A stretch of DNA of 64,000 nt from Eledone cirrhosa (taxonomy: Eukaryota): positions 330,832,001 to 330,896,000 of the forward strand of contig OZ024740.1 of assembly GCA_964016885.1 (NCBI GenBank), read 5' to 3'. The translations under genes and the position numbers were made by a program. Of this stretch, positions 38,620-52,049 are shown in pieces. The notes below the pieces were generated by a model. The model was not told the origin of the DNA and searched no databases. It saw nothing but the letters and a program-made list of their open reading frames with translations. Position 1 is the first letter of the stretch. Each line of letters begins with the position of its first letter.

Positions 38620-39116
38620 ATATTGTTATATTTGAAGAGGGCCATATTGTTATAATAATAGTGTTACCAGAAATAATGATGAAACACACTCAGTGTCTGG
38701 TTTGGATAGGTTTTCGCTTCTGTATCTTTTATATTTCCAGACTAAATTCATCTGGCAATCAATGATAAACATTGATTGAACCACGGTTGAAAATACAGAT
38801 ATAAATATATATATATAGTCTATCAAAGTCTTTCGTCACACAATTGTGACATCATTAGTGGTACTATGGGAGGGAACATAATAGTATCACCGATGAAGTC
38901 ACGGATATGTGATGAAAGAACTTTGATAGACTATAAATATCTACATCTTTTCTTTTACCCGTTGGTCAATCAAGATAAACATTGATTGCCAGATGAATTA
39001 ACTATGGAGATATAAAATATACAGAATCAAAAACCTATCCAAACCAAACAGTAATTATGTTTTATTTTTATTTCTGGCAATAATATAACGGTATGACCAT
39101 CTCCAAATATAACAAA
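38620..39116. mobile_element. Palindromic non-coding element family H3 with two back-to-back decayed hammerhead motifs (38815-38867 minus, 38881-38934 plus)
   Basis: Inverted arms about ~38872; consensus atagtatca CTGATGA t gtcac..gtgac GAAA g aa CTT tgatagactat; third arm copy at 61365-61612. Confidence 0.65.
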
Positions 39117-39202
39117 ACGTATATATTTATATATATAAAAATATATATATATATATATATATATAAACCCGTAGAGCAACTATTTTTTATATGTACAGAT
39201 TA

Positions 39203-39256
39203 AAGTTTAAGATAAGAATCGGTGCTTTCCCCATTCTACAGGATCTTCAGAAACTC
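39203..39256 (-). ncRNA. Possible hammerhead motif within a small inverted repeat (39223-39289)
   Basis: gagttt CTGAAGA tcc tgtagaat ggg GAAA g..CTT aaactt; stem III is weak. Confidence 0.35.
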
Positions 39257-39334
39257 AGAGTTTCTAAGGATCCCGTAAAGAGTGAAAGCAGAGATTTTTT
39301 GCGTAAATTTTAACCTGTACATATAGTGTATATA

Positions 39335-39479
<145 letters not shown>

Positions 39480-39694
39480 ATATACTTCGCTATGTGTTTT
39501 GCGAGGCCCTTGATTTGATGTATATGAAATCGTACATTCGAATACTTTGATAGAGCCATGTTACAAATATAAACATAGATGAGTTCCATTTTAGGTCAAT
39601 ATTAATTACTCAACTAAAGGTAAATTAATGTACAACTGGTGTATGTGCTAATATTAGCTGCATAACCGTCACAATTATAACTATATATGTAGAA

Positions 39695-39749
<55 letters not shown>

Positions 39750-39798
39750 TGTTTGTGTGTGTATGCGCGCGCGTGTCTGTGTGTATGTGTATGTGTGT

Positions 39799-39835
<37 letters not shown>

Positions 39836-42487
39836 TATGTAACACATATCCTACTGAATCTAAGTGTAAAATACGGTGTGCCTAGTGAAAATGAAATAAT
39901 CATTTTAGTCAACGATTATCTTCTGAAAAGCATTCCGTTATTTAGAATAAATTTTATTTAGATTCTCCAATTAAACGTAAATCAGCAGACTTGTCAACTT
40001 CTTGTTAATTTAAAATACCTATTTTTGTATGATTTATTATTTTAATAATATATTTTCCGCCTGATACCGCTTAGATTATTTAAATACTTTTCGTGATTAG
40101 GAATTAAAAATGGAAGTTTTAACAGGAAATATTCAAGTTTTCTAGCATTGTACACACACATTATCAGGTTCCACCCAATTTCAAGCATATGCAATTAGTA
40201 TTTAACTCAGCTATATGTTATCATCGTGGGGCAGGATGCTGCGGAAATGGTTTCTTTTAGTTAGAGGTGGACGCCTGAGATAAAATCACATCGATGCTTC
40301 TTAGCATATTATTGGAACTATGAAGAGGAGATATAACCAAATTAAGACTTTAAAATGTGTTGTGAATATAAGTGAATATTACAATGGTAAAATCTATATT
40401 CTTTGTAATGTGTAATCGCGGAGATCATAAAATCGTTATGATAATAATTCCACCTCGAAAATCTGTAATCCTTTCTCAATTAGCCACTCGTATGTAAATT
40501 GTGAACATGTTCATTGACAGGGATTACTTCTCATGGTGTTGTTCTTTGTATAACAGAAAGTAAGAGCTGCAACTTTAACATTTCATCCCAGTATATTTTG
40601 TGTTTTTTTTATGGTAGAATAAAAGTGAACGTCTTATCATTTCAATTATGTGATTTCTAATAGGTTTTCATCCCATAATTGTGTAACTCCAGGTTGTGCT
40701 TTCTTCCATTCCAGACACTTTATGGGTAATCATCATCTTTATATATATTGCTTAGGAAGCATCTCTTCATGAAACATTAGGAACATATATTGATCCAGAA
40801 AGTTCATCAACCGTTATATGTTTCTATTATCTTAATTGGTTTGTCTCATAAATTATCTTCTTCATTGAGAATGTATTAACATATATCACTGAATTCCTAT
40901 CAATAAATTAGTGTTGTATTCGCGCCTTGTGGAATTTGCTTCTTTGTCAAGTAATGCTTGCTTTTTCGTTTGCACTTTCTAGACCCAATGCATCTTTTTT
41001 CACCAATTACGTATCATTAGTTTCGTTTCATTGTACCAGAACGTGTTACACAAAACTATGTATTTTACTTTGGTAAGATCTCCGTTTCCCGACACATGAA
41101 GCATGAAGCATTGACTACTACAGATATTACCAAATAAAACAAACGGTGTTTTATTACGGTAATGACATCTTAAACTTCTTCGCCCTCTATATCATTAATA
41201 CAATATAAAAGTATAAGACATTGTGCCTAGTGAAAAGGAAATAATAATTTTAGTCAACGATTATACTTTTTTAAATCTAAGCTTACAATGGAAGATGTAG
41301 GTTCCATTGAAAACTAAGCACAGTTAGCCCCACCTCTCTATAATTAAACGATTTATTTGTACGACCCTGAATGAATTTCGCGTGTTTCTCAAACGACAAA
41401 CCGATGCAAATGAGCACTGAGAGTTACATAATTTGCGCTCAAAGAAAGACATTAAATATTGCTATTTAATGTGGCTCTTACTTCGCTTTTTCTGCGACTG
41501 GCAAAGCGTGTCAGCAAAGAAATTGTGATGAAATTCTTTTTCCTTGGTCAGATACTATCAGCTACGTTCTGCTTCTTCAAAACTTTATTCGATGTTACAC
41601 TGGATCCTCATGCTATTCAAATTCTTGGTACATATAAAGTAATGGTAAACTGTGAGATATATTTTTTTTTTATATTCAAATCTTTCCAACCCGTTCAATT
41701 TTTTAACGATATGTATTTCCTGTTAAACACTTATATTAGGTAAACTTATATGTAGCCTTGTCTGTAGTATTAGGAGCCCCATGAAAGCAAATCTAGATGA
41801 ATGAATCAGGCTATTCATTGCTGATCAAGCTCCTGTCCACCTGGAAATAAGCATCTAACATAGATTGGAACGGAACATAACTTGCATTATATAATCACTT
41901 ACATTCCAGGGAGAACTAGAAATGAAAGTCTTGCTACAACCTACAGGTGATAAATATGAATCATAAACATTTCATTTACATGTATAAATTAGGCTATTAA
42001 TAAAATATCAACAAAGTTGCGGGGAGCAACATAGAACACATTCGCACCACAACGACTGCATAAAGATCTTACATATATAAGCTTAGGATATTTTTGCCGA
42101 GGAAATGTACGTATAATTTGCTGAATATACTAAACAAATACGTTAAAAATATACATCATGGGAAATTAAAAACATTATATTAAAGCTCAAATATTTTCAT
42201 TAATATTGAAGGAAATGACATATTTGAACAAGTAGCAAAATATAATTCAATATTTGAGTGAATACGTGAAAACACTAGTTCTTAGAAATGCCAAATAACT
42301 TGTAAGAGCAAGGGAAATATCATTATATTATAGTTATACATTTCCAAATACATCCTGGCAAAAGGCACTTATACTAAGAAACCTGGAGGTGAAAAGGTAT
42401 AGAAAAATAATTAACTGACGGATATCCTCACAATTTCAAATGGTACCTTTCTTTACATGCATACATATATATTAATGTATATGTATA

Positions 42488-42613
42488 CAGGGTGGCCCAA
42501 AATTCGCGATACAAAACAAAATAATTATGTTTTATATTTAATTATTTCGAATAAATTGTTTCTTATAAAACATAATTATTTTTTTAATGTATTGCGACTT
42601 TTGGGCCACCATG
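42488..42613. mobile_element. MITE, Tc1/mariner-type
   Basis: TIRs cagggtggcccaaaattcgcgataca / tgtattgcgacttttgggccaccatg, TA on both flanks, inverted interior. Confidence 0.8.
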
Positions 42614-42776
42614 TATATATTGGAAAATGTGTGAAATACTTGGTGCAGTTAGATATATAAAAAGAAAAGAAAAGAGTGACTTCACTTGTAGTTCTACAAA
42701 ACCAAATTGTATAATCATAATATTATAAGATTAAATTAAATTGTATAGAACTACAAGTGAAGTCATTCTTTATGTT

Positions 42777-42869
<93 letters not shown>

Positions 42870-45815
42870 AATATATATATAGAAAAGATAATACACGCGA
42901 GTGGGTGTGTGTTTATCAATGTGCAGGGAAAACCACCAGTGTATGAAATCTATAAGCTAAGAAAAGTGAGGTAGATGCATAATAATTAAAAATATAAATC
43001 AAAATGAATTTACCCACCTTTATATATCATGCACATACAAACACAAAGAGATTTATTTCGTCAAAATATTAGGGACTGGAAAGAAACACCCAGGTTCATA
43101 GGCGCGCATGTTAAATGATTACATTCCATACAACTCTAAGGGAACTTAAGATAACTGCCTTGCAACACGTGGTAGAGAGAAGGAAATGTCTGCATGGGAC
43201 AGTAAACTAGTGGCTTGGGTAGGACGAGTCACTAGAAAACACAGCCCAAAACCACTCAAATAAGGGAGCTCAACATAAACACAGAGAGAGAGAGAGCAAT
43301 ATATCGAAATAAATTAACGGAGTCATAAACTCGCGTTGGTCCCTGTAATTTATGAGCTGAAAGAAAAGAGAATCCTGGGTATATAATATATTTGAAGAGC
43401 CCAGGATTCTCTTTCCTTTATATATACATACATATGTGCGTGCGCGTGTGCGCGTGTGGGTGTGGGTGTGTGTGTGTGTGTCTTTATGTACGTGAGTATG
43501 TAAGCATTTATTAATATATTTATTTTGTATATACTAGTATAAAAAATGTTTATACAGAAACAATATTTGATAACATTATTCCCCTATTACCTCAATAAAT
43601 ATAAAGATACTTAAATCCTCGTGACCGTTCTTCTCTCTTCGAGCCGTCGCACTAATTCATTATACATTCATTCAAATTTCCTGCAATATTTTCTGTAATA
43701 TATAACAAAAATAATTCCATTAATTTATGATGCATTTTTATTATATCTCTATCGATACATCCTTCAACCTTCCGACTCTTATCATAATATATAAATTATT
43801 GAAGTGGTAGTTTTTGTTGTTTTTCGAAGATAGCTTCATTGTTAAAAGTACGTAAATAGATATATATTAATAGACATTCAGACAATATATAGATATCCAG
43901 GAAAGTATGTAGAAGAAGAGAGAGTTTGAAATTAATAATCCATTGTTGTACGAGGAAAGGAGCTGACCAGATTATGAAGATAAATTGTCTTTTTAAAAAT
44001 AGTGTTCGCTAAGAAATGTGAGTCAAAATAGTAATATATTATTACTATGATCAATATTCAATCGACACAAAAAATTTACGCTTAACCAGACACAGGAAAG
44101 TTAGTTTAACCTATCTCAAATGGCATATGTAACCCATAAAATAAAAGAAATAAATAAAATATGAGACGAATAAAATGTATTAAAAATCAGTAATATTATC
44201 GCATGACCTTACTCTGATTGGATTACTATCATCATCGTAAATTTCGAATTGATTTTTAAACGCTAAACCACTGTAGCCACCAACATATACATCGTGGATC
44301 AACTGCCCAACAACGACACCAAATTCCCAATGAACTGTAAATAGCGATTTTTCACCAAACGATCAATACATTTAAAAAAAGTATATATGTCCATGCCAGT
44401 CTGTTGCCGGTTTTACGCTGCCATACGAACATCGAAATAAATCTAAAAGGATACAAAAAAAAAACTAAAGGAAGCAAGAGATATCAACTGAAACGCAGTA
44501 AAATTACCCACGTTTAAGAAATAATTAATCGTATTCCATCTATTTCACAATTCATGATTAAAAAATGCAGACGAAATACTTCACACGACAAAGCAGATTA
44601 AAAATAGATAAATATAATATCATTCTACAGTTCCCTCAATGAAACTCTTAATAATACGAACTTTATTCCAATTGAAATTTCATCGTTTTTTTCTAATTAT
44701 ACACTCACTGAATATTCTGAAAGAATATGCGTTGTTACTAAATTTTCCTAAAATCCGCACCTCTTGAATTTGTTTCTAAATATGGCAATTAAGGCAAAGT
44801 GGAGAAATGTATTTGAATCCATTTTGTTCATATTTTCTTTCATCTAGTCAGGTGTATCTTCTAAATAAACATTTAGAAAGCCATAGCTATGAATAACAGA
44901 CGGGCAGGTAACGCTTGTGGCCGGTAGAAGCAAGGTGGACAATCGCGAGTGCATTTCGACCTCGTCATGACCATCTCTCCCGCTCTTACAACTGCCGGAC
45001 TTTGAAAACAAGCGAAAATATATAGTTTTTTCGTCTTTGTAAATGGGGTGATTAATCTCATTGTCATATGAAACTGTATAAGTTGGCCAAACTTATAGAA
45101 TTAGAATTTAGTTTCTATATATATAAATTTATATATATACACAGAGAGAGAGGAATAGAGAGAGAGAGGAATAGAGAGAGAGAATACATTCTGCCCTATT
45201 AGCACCTCTATGAGGCGTGGATGGAGGAAGACATCCAATTTCCATTTTCGAAAGAAATATAGCGAGCACAATCGTATTTTGATACTTCTCTTTTATCATA
45301 AAGATACATTCAGAAAAGTAGCTATGCATGTTTACAAGAGTAATCCTATGCAGTTAATGTGTTAAAAGGTCGTGTAAAAACCAAGTTTTGACTTGTAGAG
45401 AATTAGAAGATAGTTGATATGTATTTGACCAATCCAAGGTGCAAATAAATATTATGTGATGCATCGATATAGTAAATACAGAAATGAAGAGTCTCAGACA
45501 TATAGGCTGATGGCTGAGTGAGTCCAAATGCCAATAAATCGATAGAACAAAATAGAGATGTAACAGAAGGATAACGAAATAAAGTGCTAACCTTAACAGA
45601 AATCTTGGACGAAAATGAATTGTAAAAAGTTTCATCGGAAATAAAGAGATGGCTTAGATTAAACGAATGATAGAATAGTCACACGAGTAATGGAGAAAAG
45701 AACAGAAACATGATAAGAATGTGTAGAAAACGGATGGAAATTACTGTGGATTACTAATGTTGATTTAGTAAATATATGTATATATATATATATATCTCCT
45801 AAATCAACAGTAGTA

Positions 45816-45950
<135 letters not shown>

Positions 45951-45979
45951 TATTTATATATATATAGATAGATATATAT

Positions 45980-46625
45980 AAAAATTGAGATGAGCAGAAC
46001 AAACAAACATTAAACAATTCTTTAAATAAATTAAAAAATGATTTAAATATCTACCTGTTCGCAATGCTATTACCGGCGGTTTCCATTTACAAAAGATTAG
46101 AAATTCAGAGAATTTCTAACGGAAAAGTATATTTCATCAGATAGCTATTTCCTCCTATAGGACTAAGTCCCACGGTTTGCAAATATAATGCCAACTACTA
46201 GCTCGTATGAGCTATGGTCGTTAAAGTGACCCACACGTGAACCGGCCGCTAGTGAAAGCGGGAATATTACAGACGTGTTGATGGCTTTGCTGCTAAAAAA
46301 ATAGCAGTAAGCAACAACGGGTTTTGCTCTACATAGATTGGAGAATATATAAAAATTAGGTAAATATCTCTCTGAGTACTAAGTACTCATAGAGATATAT
46401 AGGGTGTCTATAATATAATTGTTGTTCTATGGTACTAATTCGATATACCAGAATTATGAATATTGATATGAGCAGGTAAATATTTAAATCATTTTTTAAT
46501 TTATTTAAAGAATTGTTTAATGTTTGTTTGTTCTCCTCATCTCAATATTTATAGTTCTGGTATCTTGAATCAGTACCATAGAACAACAATTGTATTGTAG
46601 ACAGCCTATATATCTCTATGGGTTC
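45980..46625. repeat. Interleaved inverted repeats
   Basis: 45982-46060 is inverted at 46470-46548; 46385-46458 is inverted at 46551-46622. Confidence 0.75.
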
Positions 46626-46729
46626 ATTTAAATATATATATATATATATATAACGAATGAAATTTGGTAAGGAACCAGGTGGACCATAACGCACCAAAGA
46701 ACTCAATACTTAGGGTAGTAGAGTGGGTA

Positions 46730-46851
46730 ATAGGAACGAGTAGGACCCCGACAGCTGAACTCAAGCCGTTTCGACGGCTAATTCTGGACTAAAAAAAAAA
46801 AGAATTAGCTGTCGAAACAGCTAGAGCTCAGCCGTCGGGGTCCTACTCGTT

Positions 46852-46853
<2 letters not shown>
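46730..46853. repeat. GC-rich ~55-bp-arm palindrome beside (TA)n
   Basis: taggaacgagtaggaccccgacagctga...tcagccgtcggggtcctactcgttccta. Confidence 0.85.
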
Positions 46854-46939
<86 letters not shown>

Positions 46940-47276
46940 CGTTTTCATCACGGAGATCAAGCATAGGAATACATAAAAATATATCGTCACGTGGCCTGAA
47001 AAAGTGGATAAAGTCAACAAGATTGGATTGACAATCAATAGATGGAAAACAAATCATATTGATCCTGAGTAGAGATCATATAATCATTCTATTTCAGTTC
47101 AACAATATTTATTCAAACTGTTGTCTGTTTATCGCGTTGCTATTTAATATATAACTAACTCCACACTTGCTAAACTATTTCTATAGTCTCCTGATCTTAA
47201 CACGGATATGTATTTATAATTACGCATAGGCATCATTCACAACAAGGAAACTATTTTGTAAAGCCCAGTGAATAAT

Positions 47277-47463
47277 TATTTCTACTTTTGGCACAAAGCC
47301 AACAATTATCCCAGTGTATTACTGGTGCGTTATTTTATCGATCCCGTAAGGATGAAGGCAAAGTTAACCTCGGCGGGATTTGAACTCAGATCATATAGGG
47401 CCGTAACACTTTCCTGCAAAGCATGGCGTCCAACCCTCTACGTATACTACCAATCCACCGCCC
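47277..47463 (-). mobile_element. tRNA-derived SINE, full-length, with 17-bp TSD
   Basis: aaagcccagtgaataat at 47260-47276 and 47468-47484. Confidence 0.9.
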
Positions 47464-47589
47464 TATAAAAGCCCAGTGAATAATAGAAGCAGAATTGCCA
47501 CAGAAACATTGGCATCATATTTTGCAATAGCTGCAAATTCTGATTTCAGTTTATTTCATACATTTCACATATATATACACTAACAAGTA

Positions 47590-47770
<181 letters not shown>

Positions 47771-47809
47771 CACACACACACATAAATATATATAAATACA
47801 TATACATAT

Positions 47810-48301
47810 ATAAGTATGTGTACGTACATATATATGTATACAGACGTACAGTAGTATGTATATACATACATGCACACACATATATATATGCACTTATGGG
47901 TTTACCGAGCATTTATTATAATGCTCGTTTTGTTTGTAAACAAACAGCCCGAAATTATTAGCCGTACAGTGTTCGGCATACATCGTTGCCCTTTTCTTCG
48001 ACGCTAACAAAGGAAAGAAGAACTAGTTTCTAGCTTATTAGCTGTCATCAGCACCGTATAGCTTCCTGTCAGTCGATTAAACGTTTGAAAGTATATACTT
48101 TCCTTATGCATATCAACGGCTGAGCAGCCTAATTTGCATATCGAGTGAGTTAGTCGGCCGGGTGTACCGAAAACGATAAATGTAAAAAATGAAATTTCAT
48201 TTCTCACTCTTAGTACGGCTGATACTTAAATATAAATATGTATACGTACATACATATATGTATACACGTACAGTAGTATGTATATACATATACATACATG
48301 C

Positions 48302-48374
<73 letters not shown>

Positions 48375-49377
48375 GTATGGGTTTACCGAATATTTATTAT
48401 AATGCTCTGTTTGTTTGTAAACAGACAGCCCGAAATTATTAGCCGTAGAGTGTTCGGCAACCAGCGTTGCCAGTTTGTTCAACACTGATAAAGGAACAAT
48501 GAAAAAGCTTCTAGCTTATTAGCTGTCATCAGCATCGTATGCCTTCCTGTCAGTCGATTGAACGTTTGAAAGTATATACTTTCCTCATGCATATTATTCG
48601 GGTATACCGAAAACGATAAATGGAAAAAAATGAAATTTCATTTCTCACTCTTAGTACGGCTGATACTTAAATATAAGTATGTATACGTACATATATATAT
48701 GTATACAGACGTACAGTAGTATGTATATACATACATACATGTACACACATATATATACGGCTAGTAATTTCGGGCTGTTTGTTTTCAATCAAACCGCGCA
48801 TTATAATAAATGTTTAGTAAACCCATACGTACATATATATATATATATGTGTATGCATGTATGTATGTATATACATACTACTGTGCGTCTGTATACACAT
48901 ATGCATGTAGTAATACATACTTATGTTTAAGTATCAGCTGTACTCAGAGTGAGAAATGAAATTTCATTTTTTCCATTTATCGTTTTCGGTACACCCGGCC
49001 GACTAACTCATACGATATGCCAATTCGGCAGCTCACCCGTTAATATGCATAAGGAAAGTATATGATTTCAAACGTTCAAACGACTGACAGAAGGTATACG
49101 GTGCTGATGACAGCTAATAAGCTAGAAACTAGTTCATCGTTCCTTTGTCAGTGTTGAACAAAAGGGCAACGGTGGTTGCCGAACACTGTACGGCTAATAA
49201 TTTCGGGCTGTTTGTTTACAAACAAACCGAGCATTATAATAAATGTGCGTTAAACCCATACCTACATATATATGTGTGCATGTATGTATGTATATATATA
49301 CTACTGTATGTCTGTATACATATATGTATGCATGTATAAGAGTGCTAAGAGTGAGAAATGATATTTCATTTTTTCCA

Positions 49378-49380
<3 letters not shown>
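47810..49380. mobile_element. Non-coding PLE-like/retrozyme-like array, family H4: two tandem minus units, then inverted plus units
   Basis: ~450-480-nt unit repeated; orientation switches near 48757; each full unit carries an HHR motif. Confidence 0.8.
49098..49140 (+). ncRNA. Minimal type I hammerhead ribozyme (H4), intact core
   Basis: acggtg CTGATGA c agct aata agct a GAAA c ta GTT catcgt; palindromic stem III ACTAGT; decayed copies at 48015-48057 and 48496-48538 (minus). Confidence 0.8.
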
Positions 49381-49434
<54 letters not shown>

Positions 49435-49489
49435 TAATAAAAATAATGAATAAAAAAAAACAAAGAAACAGTTCCCTATATTGAAAAAT

Positions 49490-49627
49490 TCATCATTTTA
49501 TGATCGTTTCTAGGATATATATGTGTGTGTTGGTATGTATATCATATAGATCTATGTAAAATGTTTACAAACTATCAGAGGGAATATACATACCTACACA
49601 TATATATGCTGTCTTCAGAAATAATGA
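49490..49627 (-). ncRNA. Hammerhead motif (H5), copy with GTA changed to ATA
   Basis: Reverse complement of 51146-51283 with a few substitutions. Confidence 0.65.
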
Positions 49628-50363
49628 TATTTATTTATTGAAAAAAACCAACAAAGATTTAATATAATAGGTCTGTTTGGGAACAGGTTTTGAATTGACC
49701 AATAGAAAGGTAGTAAGTGGTCAAGATGCTAGAATAGTAGTAACAGAAATTTAATTTAGGGGTAGAGGAAAGCAGACTTCAGTTTTGAATGGAAAGAGTA
49801 TTTTGAATGAAAAGATTACTTTGGGGATAAAAATAGGTCAAGCCGGTGAAAGGTACACGAACATTTGATGTTATAAAAGAATAATGCTACTGTTAAAATC
49901 TAAGGAGAATAAAATTTTACGATAAATTTGTTAGTGAAAAATATCAATCTTATTTAAAACATAAGAAATTTACATCTATAAAAAAGAAAATAAATAAATT
50001 TAATTGATAAGTATATTTATATTGATAAATTTATATTAATTCATATAGATATGATAAATAAGAGTTAGATGTAATTGAAGAAAGTTGTTAAAAACGAAGG
50101 AAAAAAAAAAAAATAATAGTAATAATAATTGGGGGAGGGGGGGGGGATAAATGTATTAGTGAGAAATAACAAATTTATATAGATTACAAGGAATATAGAT
50201 TCATAACATGAAATTAAAATAGTTTATACTTATTGGTATAAATTTTCGGAAAAGATAGCTGTAAAAGGGAAATAAAATTATGCAGTTCATTAGTAGTACA
50301 ATATTAATTATAGGTTAACTAATTTTTTTAAAAATGTTATTATAATAATTTGTAAAGTGTATA

Positions 50364-51045
50364 TTAATTAGGTTTATAATATTTAAAAGTTCTTCTAATT
50401 TTATGATTACATGATATAATTAATTCTTGTCGCTTATTTAATAGGATATCCTTAGATTTCATTATTTCAAAAAGTTCCTGGGAACATAATCTACATTCGT
50501 ATCTATTATGTTGATAAGGGGTGGCCCTTTTGAGCACACTCCAGGTCAGGTTATAATCGATATTCTTTTTTCTATAATTATTAATTATTTCAGGTAAGGA
50601 TGTTGTATTAGCTAATGCGGCATTTTTAAAACTGTGTTTGTGGGTATTAAATCTTACTTTAAATTGGTTAGAAGTAGCTCCTATATATGAATAAGTTGAG
50701 TCATTAGTGTTAATTTTACATTTATATACTATGTTATTAATAAGGCAATTTCCTTTTAATGGGCAATTTGCTTTGTTTCTACAGTTACAACCTTTCGTGA
50801 ATGTTGTATCAGAGGAGATAGTCAAATTAGGTGTGGAATTTTCTCGACTTGTTGTATGTGAATGAGATGGTGGTTTGCTGTGGTTTATTTTAGTATTATG
50901 GTTAGTTTGATGTATTGGTGGTATATTCATGTATTTTTTTACATTTATATGCATTATAGGCACTTATATTTTGTTGTATATTTTTGGTTGTTGAGTAGGA
51001 GAATTTGACCGTTGATCTATTTAAAATGTGATGGTATTTATGGTT
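50364..51045 (-). pseudogene. PLE linker and GIY-YIG endonuclease, 5'-truncated
   Basis: CNCRNKANCPLKGNCL, NIVY..YIG, FKVRFNTHKHSF, CRLCSQE, LLNKR, CNH. Confidence 0.85.
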
Positions 51046-51145
51046 CATCTTGACCACTTACTACCGTTCTATGGTCAATTCAAAACCTGTTCCCAAGCAG
51101 ACCTATTATATTAAATCTTTGTTGTTTTTTTTCAATAAACAAATA

Positions 51146-51283
51146 TCATTATTTCTGAAGACAGCATATATATGTGTAGGTATGTATATTCCCTCTGATA
51201 GTTTGTAAAAATTTTACATAGATCTATATGATATACATACCAACACACACATATATATCCTAGAAACGATCGTAAAATGATGA
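51146..51283 (+). ncRNA. Type I hammerhead ribozyme (H5) with ~100-nt stem II
   Basis: 9-bp stem I tcattattt/aaatgatga, CTGAAGA, long paired stem II, GAAA, palindromic stem III ACGATCGT, GTA site. Confidence 0.8.
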
Positions 51284-51467
51284 TTTTTTTAATATAGAGA
51301 ACTGTTTCTTTGTTTTTATTCATTATTTTTATTAATTTACCTTGACTCTGTTTTCCTGTGTCTTTCATCGAAAACATTTGAATACATCTTCTCTTTTCAT
51401 GATATTTGGATTACATTGAGTTCTTCATACGGATTGGACACTACGGTATATTTTGGTAGATTTATCT

Positions 51468-51527
<60 letters not shown>

Positions 51528-52049
51528 TATATATATATATTTATATATACAAATTTTTAGATTTTGGGGAATAAACATTCCCTGGTTGAATCCAGCACGT
51601 CCTATATCTGGCTATACTGGAACATCTCGCATTTGCCCGCCTCAACTGGGAAGAACAGCTCTGCTAGAGAACGGATCACATGTGATTGATATATGTACGA
51701 CCAGCAGATACGATGTTTTGTTTCGATATTACGGATCCCGGTCCCAGACTGGTGACCTATTTGATGAGATGGAGCAATGGGTGTTGCTTATGGCTCCCAA
51801 GTAACCAGTCACAACTCAGTCATATAGCTACGAATAGGTAAGTGCCTAAATCTTGCAGATATTAGAAAAGAACCAAATTGGAGATTTTCGCGAATAAGAC
51901 TTCCAGGACTTTAAATATGGTAGTAAATAGTGAAGTCATCCACAGTACATTGTTCTTCGCATGTAGTAACAAAGGACGCGTTTCGTTCTTGGTTAGAATG
52001 GTTCAGTCGCAAAATATAATGCAGACCCCATCTAATGCTACAAGATACG

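Larger units (their letters stand above)
49435..51338 (-). mobile_element. Penelope-like element 3' fragment with inverted pLTR copy (51047-51338)
   Basis: GIY-YIG ORF, AT-rich 3' region, pLTR 49435-49725 inverted at 51047-51338; (TA)n nearby on both sides. Confidence 0.85.

Noticed and set aside
43360-43418. Hairpin aagagaatcctgggt / gcccaggattctctt
   Set aside because: Isolated short inverted repeat with no complete ribozyme core or TSD
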